The position numbers were made by a program, and so were the translations under genes. From positions 6,302 to 38,301 of the forward strand of contig BAAFSQ010000083.1 in assembly GCA_054661495.1 (NCBI GenBank): a stretch of DNA of 32,000 nt, given 5' to 3'. Position 1 is the stretch's first letter, and every line of letters starts with the position of its first letter. Below are positions 1 to 12,280 of this stretch, in pieces. The notes below the pieces were generated by a model. It was not told the DNA's origin, made no database searches, and saw only the letters and a list, made by a program, of their open reading frames with translations. Source of the stretch: Zygophlyctis sp. KS116. Lineage: Eukaryota > Fungi > Chytridiomycota.

Positions 1-133
1 ATCAGCAAACGATTCATTTTTTTCCACTAACCCTGCCACTGGATATAAACCCTAATGTTTAACTGAAATTCGTGAATTATAGACGTTATTCATCTTTTTT
101 CCAGAAAGATGATTTAATACAAAATTTAAATAA

Positions 134-3100
134 TTAACTTGGATAGAATTTTCCAAAGAGCTGTCGTCCCTTGTCATGAAGCTCAGTCATTGGCGTAACT
201 GGCTTTGATTCTTCTAAACTGCTCTTTAGATTGGAATCTGACATTGCATCTTCAGATTTTGTCCGGCGAGAGGCTGCATATGATACATTAGAATCATTAC
301 TAGATGATTCAGAAGTTGAGCGTCTTTTACGTCTTAGTAGTTTTTCAACAAATGTTTTTTTACTCTTGATACTTGCAGTTTCAGCTTGAGCTGCATCAAG
401 ATCAGCTGCTAATAGTGAAGTTTGACTACCTTGACGATTCTCTAAAGTTTTTTTCTTTGGGAATATTTTTTCTCGGACTAGTGCACCGGTATTGGCAAAT
501 ATTACACGAATCGCATCACGACGTATCTCTTGAATGAAATTATACCAGGACCAAGTCTTGTTACGGTACTCCAGAGTCGGTAAAAAGAATGGGAACATGT
601 ATAAATCTTCTAGATTCTTTTCTTTTGATCCCTAAAATTTAGAAAGTTAAAAATAATCATTACCTTGTAGCTTATACAATGATTAGCTCCGGGAACTTTG
701 ATGAAAATAAATGATTTGTTGTTAGAAGCTCGAGACTGCATCAGTTTTAAGTCTTTGGCAGATTCAAGCTGTTGAAGGGATGAAAAAATTAAATCATCAT
801 CGGCAGTGAAACTGGAATCCCGAGTATCTTTAACACCAGATGAATAACCTCTAGATGGAAAAAAGTAGGTCATCAGACTTTTTCCAATATCAAAAGTCAT
901 TTGAATCAATAGAGGGAAAATATTGATCTCGAAATGATGAAATACTTGAATGCCAGCTACGGGTGGTATTTCCTTCCACAAAAATCTTAACATCTTATTC
1001 TTGTTGAAATTAACCACAGTATTTTGGGAAATATAGGGAGACAAAACATTTCTGAATGAGTTCGGAGTATTAGTTAGATTTTCAATGAGGAGCGAGTCAA
1101 TTTCTAGGGTGCTGGATGCTGATGAGTCTTCGTAACCAATAGATTCAAATTGTGGATTGGTTATAGTTAGCCGGCAAAACTCTCCATTGGCATCAATCAG
1201 CCTCCACAACAATTTGTCAATTGAGACACCAATCTTTGAGTTGACAGCAGCCGATCCCCTTTTGGTTTCCAAATTATAAGTTGTTTTAAAAGCCTCGATT
1301 AATATAAAAAGTTCATCTTGGTATAATGCTAAAGATTTTCTTAAACCATCCGTGCCTGGTTCTGTTTGAGATGAGCCAGAAGGATCATAACGGAGAAACG
1401 CATCAGTTCTCTTGATCTTTTCCTGAAATGAAACAATTGAATCCAAAACCTTTGATATTTCTTCTTGACTTTGGTCCAGAAAGATCATCATTTTCTTAAG
1501 TTGTTCATTTCTGAAACCCCGCATGGGATCTTTATAAATTAGTAAATTAGTGAGAGTGTCACATATAACAAGATATTCTCCTGAAGTTAATGAGGCTTCA
1601 AATTCAGGAAAACCTATATGCATCACGTCTATTAAATCATCACTATTTGAATGTTTTTTTGATTGAACAAACAGTGGATTGTGTTTATCTCGAATAATTC
1701 GCATAGCCGTATTTTCAACAACTCTTTTTAGGTCTTCCGAATCAAGAGAGTGGTCAATTAGACATTCAATCGGAACCCAAATTGGCCAGGTATTGATATC
1801 TAAAGAAGACATGGGTGTCTCTAGTAGAGTGGTTTTGAGCTTTAGATCTGTACTTCGAACGATGAAAAATTGTGCGTCACTTATCGAATAAACATTTCGA
1901 TTCTTGACAGTGTTTTGAGTTTTGTCGGAATCGTCGTAACCTAAATCAAAGGTAATATCCGTCTTATTTCGAATAGATATTGCCTTATAGTGCATAACAC
2001 TTGCAGTCACGACCACAGATTGCAAGCAGGTGCTACCGTCCTCATTTTTGACAAGAGATTCAAAACTTATCTGTGAATTTATAAGCTGCACTTGTACGTC
2101 TCCGATCGCAAAATTGTCATGGGCAACGAAATCAGGATTGTCTGGATCTTTTGATGCAATATAATTATTTGCTGATAAATTAGAAGCTAAACGAGTTAAA
2201 GTGGGTGGATATAGTGATTTTCTTCTCCCTGTTTCTCTTTCTTCGTTTTTGTCTAAAGCATCTGTTGACTGCATTCTTTCATTAGGGACGAAAATTCTAT
2301 TTGAATTTTTAACATCTTTTAACAGCATTCCAAGAATATAATCCAGAGATATCTGCCCATCTTTTTTGATTTCAAACGCATTTCTGTTTGAAGATCCTTG
2401 GTAAGAGAATGTTTTATTCGGAAGCTGAATGGCTGCATCAGCCTTTTTCACCTTAATCAGCTCAGTGATTGTTTTAACGGCACTATATGAAGTACAGTAT
2501 CTGAGAGCATAATTACGATCTATCATGTCGAAAAGTTTAAAAATAACATTACGAACGTTGGACTTCCACAAAAACGTTATGTTATGTACGTCAATTTGAT
2601 GCCTAAAAGGAGCTGTATGGCCGTCGAGTTTTATCGGTTCCTGCTCTTCTCGCGCTAATATAATTTATTAACTATATTTTACCTAAATTGATTCTTAACT
2701 CACACCTTTTAATGTAAGCTTCAATCACTGCCTTTTTTTCATACAGGAGTGCTAATTGGTCGCCTAATTCATCAGCTTCCTTGAATATTAATCTAAAAAA
2801 ATTTACCGCTTTTAATGAGTTATCAAAAAACACCATCATTCTTGAAGAAATTGATTGCTGAAGTTTCAAACAGTGCCATATTTGCGCCTCTAGCTGAATC
2901 AATCTTTCCTCGAATAATTGAATTTGGACTTTGTAAAGGTCTTGAATATTAAAATAAAAATTAAATACCTATGCTTTTACGGTTTTCTTGCTCGGCTGCA
3001 TTTTTTGGATCTTGGCTTCGTCGATAATATGTTAATTTCGGAGAAGAAATGAAGGGACAAATCCGAATATCCGATAAATTAGGAGTTAAATAAAAGTCTT

Positions 3101-6100
3101 CATCAGTGAACCAAGACGTATGAGTGTCATCATCATTATCCGCTTTGAAAAATGGCTCTTCAAAGACCCCATCATCAAATCCGGATGATATTGTGCACAT
3201 TTCTAGGATTTCAAAATCTAATTCTGATTCTTGCAAATTCCACTTGGACGCAGATTTAGTCTTTGACTGATTGCTCGTATTCTTAAGAATCATTCTTTGA
3301 ATAAGTCGTAAGTCAAGATTCATTTCATCTGCACGTATTCTTGCCCCAACAAATCCAGCAATATCTTCAGTTTGAGCAAGAAGAGAAAATAAGAGCGGGT
3401 AAGCAGATGCCCTTAATCTGATTGAATTTATTAGTAGTGAAAGTTTGGGTTTTTGAAATTTTGTCGTCACAGTTGAAAAAAGGCTTCCTGTTCTAACCTG
3501 TTGATTTGTCAGGACTGACTGATAAACTTGCGCAAAAGATGAAAGTCGGTTTATAGTTTCAAGAGTTAAATATAGAGAATTTATAGGTATAGATAGCCCG
3601 GAATAAAACTTCTTTGGTGATGTGATTTCAAAAGTTATGTGAATGGCTCTTGTCCGAAAGCCTGCAAATGAATCCCCGTTTGGTTCATAACTAGGAGATT
3701 GGGGATTTTTAAGGCTGACCTCTGAATGTCTAATCCATTTTATGACGTGTCTCACACCTACAGGAATAATTTCATAACGTATTCCAATGGCTAGCCGGAC
3801 CCCGCCTCTTAAACGAATGAAATCGCTATCTCCCAGAGTTTGTGACTCATTTTTAAACGATGGCAAAGATAAACGTAACTGTCCGCATTCAATAACAACG
3901 TCTTTTCCTTCAGCGGGATCACCACCAAGTTCAATATTTACACCCTTATCAGCGCAAATATCAATTCCTTGAGTACCAGAAGATTTACGAGGATCAAAAT
4001 AGGGATCAAAACTGCCCAAAACTCGAACTCTGATTTCCCCACCTTTGACTTTGATCTGATTCAATCCATGAATCATAATTCTTAGCTTATCCCACCACCC
4101 CACAGGAGGACTAGTATCAATAGTGTCTTTTGAAAAAGTGTCAATGATCCTGATCATATCTGATAGGCAAGGTTCAATTGATGCTCCGTAAGTCAATCTT
4201 AAAATCCCGGAAGAACGAAACACGCTCTTTGAGTTTAAGTAAATTTTGACCGGATTCATTGATCTACTTACTACCAAAGATGGTGCTGCAAGCGGTCCTA
4301 AATCCAACTCCACATCTCTCATTGAATCCGGATCAAATTGCTGTCCGACTAGAATTAGTAATCCTTTGGTTTCCCAAGTGTGCTCTACGGATTCTGAAGA
4401 AGGTATGGATACCAGAGGAAATGGATAGTTTCTTAGAATAGCCTTCAGGTCCGAAAATTTGAAAGTGATATCTCTAGGAATAAGTTCATCATATATAAGA
4501 TCAGGTGGTGTAGTATAATCCATAAAATTTAGAGACGCTTCAACAGTAGTTTTTGGAAGAGTTGGGGGAGAAAAACATAGATCAACGTTATGTGCCTCTA
4601 CTTTGAATAAAGGGTATCGATCTAAAGAACGAATTTTCTTTACAATATCAATCCAAGAACGAGAGTTGAATTCATCAAGCAGCTCTAACTCCCTTTGGAA
4701 ATTATCGTCAATTCTAAACAATGAGACTAACAAAAACTTCATTACCTATCGTATTCCCCACTCTCTTTATGAAGACGGGCAAGTTTTACGAATTCTTTAT
4801 TGCGAGCTATTCTACTCTGTTGTTCTTCATAGCCAAAAAGATAATTATTACTTAATGATATTTCAAAAGGATCATCCTGTACTGTGAATAAAAGTTCTTT
4901 AACAGAAATTCTGATGATAGGAATTTCTGCAGGATCAATAAATGTTTTACCCTCCAAACAATACGTGTCAGGTACAAATTCCAGATGTTCGATGGCAAGA
5001 TTCTTAATAGCCTTACTCATATTTATCATATTTTCAAATACGTTTTCCAGCTTGTAGCCATTTGGTACATTAAAATGTAAAAAACGACTAGTAACAGCCA
5101 TCAAGAACTTGTGCGCCTTAACTCCATTGGCCATAATGATGTCCCCGTGGGCTTCTGACAAGCAGAAAATAGATTCATATTTATGAGAATCAACGTCAAC
5201 CAAAACTTCAACTGATGCTTCATTGATATCAAATTCAATATCTCCTTGCTGAATATTTAACATTACAGGAGAGAAATAGAACCTCGTCAGAACGTCTTTC
5301 TCTAACTGCCATTTAATTTCTAAATTGGTTGATACAATTTTACAATTCAGCTTCGTAGTTTGTGGACTACTTTTTGAGTCTGCTAATTCGAAAGACTTTG
5401 AAATTCTGATTATATGCTGGAAAGAAAGTATAAATACATATATATCACATAGATTAAAACTAGCTTGAATCTGTTCTGTACTAACAGTAAGTAAAGGAAT
5501 CTTTCCAGTGGGTTTGATCAGCTCGGCTGTGATTCCCGGCACCACTAGAACTGCATTTTTTACGGGCCTGTAAATTTCTGAAAACTTGATTCCTTTATAG
5601 ACGATGAAAGAAATGCTTGAAAGAGAAATATTCGAAGTGATATCTCCTCCAGAAATATTTAATTTTGAAGATATGTCACGCACCTCTATTCTTACACTTG
5701 TTGAAGGTAAATCTGATTTACAGTCGATAAGAACCACAGGAATATCAAGAATCCCATCAAGTTTAACTCCTGTTCCATTAATTTTTTTGGCTTGAGATTT
5801 CCCATTCTTTTGAAAAGTCTGTTGCAGATACTGTTTCAATTTTTTATAATTAATTGAAGAATCATCTCTGATACCAGAAAGACTTGTTTGGATAGCTTCA
5901 ACTGCTCCTTGAACATGTAAATGTAATTCTGAAGAATCGTAAGCCATAAAAATCCCAATATGAGCATGAGCATAAGCACAACTTGCCAAATTAAATTCTA
6001 ATTTTTGATCTATAAATACATCTATTGACATTCCATTCATAAATATTTGACAGTGACCAATTGCAAATTCTATAGAAGGAGACGCAATTTCCTCCTTTTG

Positions 6101-7255
6101 ATCTGCGGCATCGAATACCATTTCTATAGAATCCCATGAAACCCCAAAAGAGACTGTTTGATCTACTTCATCCAAAAAAGAAAACAATAATTGTTTTTTT
6201 GATATTTTAAACTTTACTTGTACACAAAAATACTGTAACAGTTGTTGTACTAGAACCACTGAATCACTTTTTGAATCTTTTAAATCTGAATTTTGAAAAA
6301 TATCAGAGAGTATAATTTTTTGATTTGCAGAAAGAACCAAAGCATCTAAATCTACTAAAAGAGTAGACACCATTCCTTCGTTTGGCCTAAATAATTTAAA
6401 TTCCAAACTTGAATTTTCCAAATTTAAAATATTAAATTCCTTTAAACTCCCTATAATCCCATTTATTCTAACCTTGAATTCCAAAAACCTCTTTCCAAGA
6501 GAAAATTCCATATTAATTTTTTTAAATTCTAGTAAAACTTTTGAATTCACTACAGAATTTAAAAAATTAACTTGTATCCTTGGATCTATCTTGTCTAATA
6601 ATTCCCAAAACTGATTAATTTTTGCAATCACAACTAAAAAATCTAGAGTCTCTTGTTTTTGATCAGTTTTAAATTTCTCTAAATCCAAATTTAAATCCTC
6701 TACTTGTAATTGAATCCTTGGTTTTACTAAAATATCTCTTAAATCTTTAAGAATCACGTAAGCATTCAGAGAGACTAATGCAGACTCTTCCTGAATCACT
6801 TGTAATCCTAAAATATCCAAATTTAGAGAAACCGAATCCAATATTTTCTCTATTCCAATTTTCCCTTGATGAATTTCGACTCTAAACTCTATCCCATCTT
6901 TTTCTAAACTTATTTGAGCATCTCTGACAACTATTCCAAATATTTTAAGCATAGAGAATGGAACATTTTTCAAATTGAGTTCCTTTTTAGATGATTTCCT
7001 ACTATTTACTTGTATTTTCACAATTGGAGAATTTAATCCAAATATTATCCATTTCCCATTCCTACCAAATTCCAAACTTGTAGATTTTACATAAAAGTCC
7101 TTGTATCTAATTCCATAAATTCTAAATAGTCCAATAGACTCAAAAGAAATCCCAATTGACCTTTTTAGAACAGTTTTAGAGTACAATACTATTACTGATA
7201 TTCCTAAAATGAATAATAAAACTCCATTTCCCATTATTTGGGAAAGTAATTCCAT
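134..7255 (-). CDS. FMP27: Fmp27/Hobbit/BLTP2 (KIAA0100) bridge-like lipid transfer protein, about 2324 aa
   Basis: Five ORFs join in frame via introns at 4714-4745, 2941-2968, 2780-2806 (in-frame, stopless, inferred), 2655-2682 and 632-663. There is an N-terminal TM anchor after the ATG at 7255 and family motifs DDPFE, LRNYPFP, SPPVGWWDKLR, DSFAGFR and SYKG-KEKNLED...PTLEYRNKTWS. Confidence 0.9.
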
Positions 7256-7307
7256 TAAAACTCTGGAAAATTGGAAAATTCTACGAAAATACAATAAATG
7301 GCTCTAG

Positions 7308-7679
7308 TTATCCAACTAAACCACCATTTGGATACTTTATTTGAAAGTCTTTTTCTCTCTTGAATAATAATATATGCGGTTCTGGCTCTAGAATTATTTA
7401 AAATAAATTAACCGTGTATCATGTAATGATTCCATCCTGCAGATTGTTTAACTCCCAAACTTCTCCATTCTGAATCTGACATGAGTCGTCCTATATCTTA
7501 TCAAAACAATAATACCCTTGGGAACATACTGAGCTATTTCCTTTGGTAGTACAACGTGTCTGTATTCAAAATCTTCATCATAGTATCTGGGAGAATAATA
7601 TATTTCATCTTCATGCTTGTTAATATCAATTTCTCTCTGTTCTAAAGGATTAATAATAGAATTTACTTGCGATAGACAT
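7308..7679 (-). CDS. CKS1: Cyclin-dependent kinase regulatory subunit Cks1/Suc1, 98 aa (not in the ORF track)
   Basis: Removing three 25-nt introns (7642-7666, 7491-7515, 7388-7412) gives [98 protein letters not shown], with all Cks hallmarks. Confidence 0.96.
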
Positions 7680-7731
7680 TTCCTTGTTTGAACCTAAAAC
7701 TGAAGATTACTAATGTTTTTATGTATTCAGT

Positions 7732-7762
7732 ATCTATTAGATCTATTATATCTATTAGATCT
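7732..7762. repeat. Short tandem repeat, about 3.4 x 9 bp (ATCTATTAG/T), in the divergent intergenic region
   Basis: Sequence reads atctattag atctattat atctattag atct. Confidence 0.6.
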
Positions 7763-7935
7763 TGATCTGTTTTTAATAAATTCTAATGTCAATTCTGTAA
7801 TCAACAATTTTGAAACGAGATTAGAAAGATTTCTTCAATTCGTATAATCAATGTCCGGACACCACAACAAATGAGGCGCCTCAAATCCCCCCAAACGGGC
7901 TGATCTAAAAATACATTTCTAATTATAAATAACAA

Positions 7936-10843
7936 ATGTCTAGTTGTGCTACTAATAGGGACTGTAGTTCAGGGAATGTTTGTGTAAATCGGACCTGTCA
8001 GCCTCCTCCAAGTCAGGGCTTGCCATTCTATGTTTGGGTTGTAATTGGTATCGGTGCTGGGATTTTGTTTGGGGCAATTGTTTTAGTAGTCTTTCGTAGG
8101 AGGAAGAGAAATAGCCAAAAGAGAAATAGGCAAAAGATAAAAACGGGTAGGAAATCTGAAAGATTGAATCCTCCATTATATAATAGAGGTGAAGGAGATG
8201 GTCCGGCTCCATTGCCTCAAGGTTATAAGAAGCCTATTGATCTATTCCAAGTTGCTCAGTTGAATAGAAATGAAGAAGCCAAAAGGTTATCAAGACTTTC
8301 TGCTGCTTATTATGCACTTTCTCAAGTGGGATCTGATGAGGTTTCAGTACATAGTAATCAGTCACAATATGGAGAGTATCCACAGCCTATTCAAATGAGA
8401 CCCGTTAACTCTAATAGGAACTCATTTATTCCTTTTAGTCATGAATCAAGACCAAGGCCAGTTGGGACAAGTGGTGAGAATTATAGATATTCTTATGCTT
8501 ATCCGACAATGGTTTATAATACTCAGACTTCGGAGATGGGTATGCGAGGTGTTTCAGGAACATCAGGTTCTCGCTTATCAATGATGCATATGGGTGTGAC
8601 TCCGGTCCCATTACCAAATTTTGAAAATTCAAATTACAATTCTAGAGGTAATGGTTCTGCCGGAAGAGGTGTGGAATTAAGACATTCAAAGTCTGCTTAT
8701 AGTCATCCTTATCAAGGTGTTTATGATGGCTCTCAAGCTGTTGCTGATGCTCGAGGAATGAATATAAGTCAGGATCGAGTGTCTGTTAAAAGAACTCAAT
8801 CTGACTCCGAAACAGCTTCTTCATTTATTCCGCAGAACCAATTTATACTACCAGAGCATCAGATTTCTAATTTTAGGGATTTCAATGATCCGGAAAGTGG
8901 TAAATCTCTATCTGAAGAGAATCTGCAAAATAATAGCGGATTTTTCCATCAAGGTCAGCTAAAAGACGAGCCATCTCTAAATCAACAAATGACAATGGTT
9001 GACAGGAGGAAAACATTGACTTTGGATATGCGTTATTTTGAAGCATTTGGGAATACTAATACTACTCCAACAACCCCTTCTAAAACAACACCATTGATAA
9101 ACCTAGGAAATAGTGGTAGAAACAATATAAATGAAGATAATACTGCTATGCAAGATATGGCTAAGATGGAGAGAAATGAGTCTAAATCATTCGAAATGGG
9201 TAATCAAATGATAAATGAATCTCTAGGGCCTTTATCTCCTTCGATGGTTACGCCCGTATTCAATCCTAACAACTTGAAGGTTCGCCAGCAAGATATAACT
9301 TTTTTAATTCAAAGAAGAGTGTCCTTACCTGCTCAAAGTCCTCCATTGGATTTAAAAAACAAGCCTGATTCTCATTATCCAATATCTTCTCCAGAGGTAA
9401 CATATCACAATTAATATCAAGAATGCCTCATTTGAGTCTACTGTTGTTAATCCAATGTCTCCAATCTTGAATGAGCAGCTTCCGAAAATTTTGGAAACTT
9501 TGTCTAATGAATCATTTGGCAATAATGAATCTCATGATCAGTCACTTGAAAAGGAAAGAAACATCGACCAATTTTCAAACCGGCAGAAAATAAATTCGGG
9601 ACAATCCACCGACTCTGTAGAGCCATCTGTTCAAACAAATAAGGAAGAAGCTACAGTCTATAAGACAGAATTTCCAAGCACAGTACAACAAAACGCACAA
9701 GAGTATTATCATTCAAAAGACTCTCCAGAAGCCATTCTGGATAATCAGAGCAATATAAGTGCTTCTGATGATCCAGCAAACGCACCAGGACTGCTCAATA
9801 GTATGCAAGCTATAAAAACAGCCGGAATGACAGCGAAAAATAGTGTATCTAGCTCTCAAGAATCTTTACAAACAATGGTAGACGAGTCTGAAGATGAATC
9901 TAGCAAAGTATTTCTAGAAACCTGTCATAATTCTGAAAAAGAAGAATCATCAAGCCCCCCAACGTTGTGCAATGTAGAAAAAGAAGAAATTTTGAGTCAG
10001 CCTAAAATTTCTCTAGCAGTGCAGATTAAGTCTGACAAGGATGTTTCAGGTCCGCTTAAGCAATCTCCAGAAGTAAGAGATCATTTGGAAGAATTAAATA
10101 CTGCGAATGGCTTTCCAGAAACGTTTCGTGATCCTGATGACGAATCTTTGAGCCCACAAGACGTGCTGGAGATAGTAGACTATCTAGAAAAGGAAGAAGT
10201 TTCCAGTAAATCTAAAGACTCCATAGGAAGAGAAGACGTTTCTGTGAGCTCTGAAGACTCTCTTAAATACTCTCCAGAGAGAGAAAGTGTTTCTGTGGAT
10301 TCTAAAGACTCTCCAGAAAGATTTGACAACATAAATGATGAAGAATCTTTAAGTTCAAACGAAGTGATAGAGATTGTGGACTATCTCGAAAAGGAAGAAG
10401 TTATTAGTCAATCCAAAAACTCTCCAGAAATAGTTGAAGAAGAGCCTGTCGAGGAAAATCACTCTGAAATAGTTCAAGATAATGATGAAGAAGAAAATCT
10501 CGAGAATATCTTTCCAGAAACCAAAGATCCACAATTCCTGGGAATGGTAATAACTTTAATTAATTTCTAGAATAACTCTTTAAAAACTCACATGATTTCT
10601 CCAATGTTTAGTGATCAAATGATGTCAAATATGTTTGATAACCTACCAAAAGAAGAATCAACATCTAATGAATCTATTGTTAATGGAAAAACTTTTCCAG
10701 ACATTCATGATCATCAATCTCTACCAACTAGTTTAGAATCTGAAAAATTAACTGTAAATACTCAAAATCCTCCTCAACTTCCTTTAAGAAACGGTAGACT
10801 TTCTGGTGGCCGACCTCTCCCATCTCACATGAAATTTTCGTAG
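7936..10843 (+). CDS. Uncharacterised single-pass membrane protein: N-terminal 4-Cys module, TM helix, long disordered cytoplasmic tail, about 952 aa
   Basis: Three ORFs join in frame via introns at 9397-9421 and 10547-10570. CATNRDCSSGNVCVNRTC precedes a hydrophobic helix and RRRKR. It is paralogous to the gene at 21851-22475. Confidence 0.8.
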
Positions 10844-10878
10844 AATTCTTAATGAATTATATAGAAAACATGCAACTT

Positions 10879-11436
10879 TTATTTCTTGATGTTTTTTCCA
10901 AATGATCCTGGATCATTATCTCCAATATCAATATCATCTCTATACTCTCTCAATAACTTTTTCTTTTTCCTTTCTTCCTTTTTAGCCTTGAATCTCTTTA
11001 TATCTTTACTGCTAACTTTTCTTTTTGGAGCATTTTGTAATTCTAAACCTCTTTTTTCTTGATAACCAGCATAATCAAAAAACTGACTCATATGCCTTTC
11101 TGCTCTTGCTACACCCAAACTTTTTGGATCATTTACATACCCACGATCATCCCTAGAAATATTCATAAAAGTGCCATTCTTTACATTAAAAGCTCCAGCA
11201 ACTGATCCATCAGTACTTACAGAGCCGATTGAAGGTTTAGCTATGATTAGAGATTAAAACTTACATTGGCCATACTTTCCATACCATTCTGCATATTCCC
11301 TTGAAGAAAAGAATGGATCTGTTAGACTTAGATTTGATATATTGAGACTTTCTGGATACTCCCATGATGTTTCTTGACTAGTAGTATTCCAAAAGTAATA
11401 TTTCTTGCTCGACTCATCTAGCACTGGACACCACAT
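10879..11436 (-). CDS. Fungal WW-domain protein with a basic coiled C-terminus
   Basis: WW motif W...YYFWNTTSQETSWEYP. A 24-nt intron at 11241-11264 joins it to AGAFNVKNGTF...RAERHMSQFFDY...KKEERKKKKL. The start codon is uncertain. Confidence 0.75.
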
Positions 11437-11452
11437 TTCCTAAAATTTTATA

Positions 11453-12219
11453 ATGATTCATGTCCAGCCAAGATTTAGAGTTTTGAAAATAACTGATATC
11501 TCTGTCCCAAAACATTCTTGTGCTACTGTAAATGATACCAATCATAACTCCACTCGTAACAGTACCCGAATGCTCTTGATCACTGACGGTCTCAACGAGT
11601 TCCGTGCTCTTGAGAGAGAATCCCTGAATATATCTCTAGAGTCTATGCTAGTGCTAAAAAATGTCCCATCCAAGAATAATATATTACTCCTGACAAGAGA
11701 CAACACAAGGTAAAGAGCATATCTAACAAGAGTATTAATAATGACTCTGTGAATGTGGATGATGATGTTTATGTTTATGCTGATGATGATATGATTCTGG
11801 ATGATATGATTAGCATGGATGCTATGATCAACTTGGATGCTATGAATAGACACGATCTGAAAGACGATCTAAAAGAGACTATATCTAGTCTAAAATCTCA
11901 AATTCATGGACCAGTAAAAACTATAGAAATTATAGCAAGTATTCAGGAAATATGTAAAATGGGACTAAGTAAATCTGGATTTCAACAGTCTCTAGTTATA
12001 AAAGATGATTGTGATTCTCTAAAAGTAAAAGTTTCAGAGTCTCTAATTCATACAAAATTAGGAATAGATGGAGAAACTGCTAGAAATATTAGAAAGACTC
12101 ATGCTGGAACAGGAGAATTAGTGAATTTATTGGCTGATTGGTATAAATGGTTGGAAAATTTAAAGGATTTCAAGTTTATTTTGGAAATCGGACAGGGAGG
12201 AGTAGAATGGATTGGATGA
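11453..12219 (+). CDS. RMI1: RMI1-like protein (OB-fold, acidic linker, RMI1 C-terminal OB-like domain)
   Basis: RMLLITDG..FRALE...LKNVP..NNILLLTRDNT matches the RMI1/TDRD3 OB-fold, and VIKDDCDSLKVKVSESLIHTKLGID resembles RMI1_C. The in-frame join needs a 23-nt intron at 11710-11732 with a GAG acceptor. Confidence 0.7.
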
Positions 12220-12280
12220 TTTATTTAATGAATAATTTAGTATTGAACCTTGACATTTTCCTAAAAATTGTAACTCAGAT

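Noticed and set aside
26-56. Telomere-like words CTAACCCT and AAACCCTAA
   Set aside because: Two isolated words, not a tandem array. The region could be the 3' end of a plus-strand gene (…STNPATGYKP*) but is too short to call.
1679-5795. Short plus-strand ORFs (1679, 3787, 4246, 4259, 4603, 5604)
   Set aside because: Antisense shadows of the Fmp27 coding sequence with no recognisable motifs.
11542-11853. Minus-strand Ile/His-rich ORF
   Set aside because: It is the reverse complement of the GAT-rich Asp/Met linker of RMI1.
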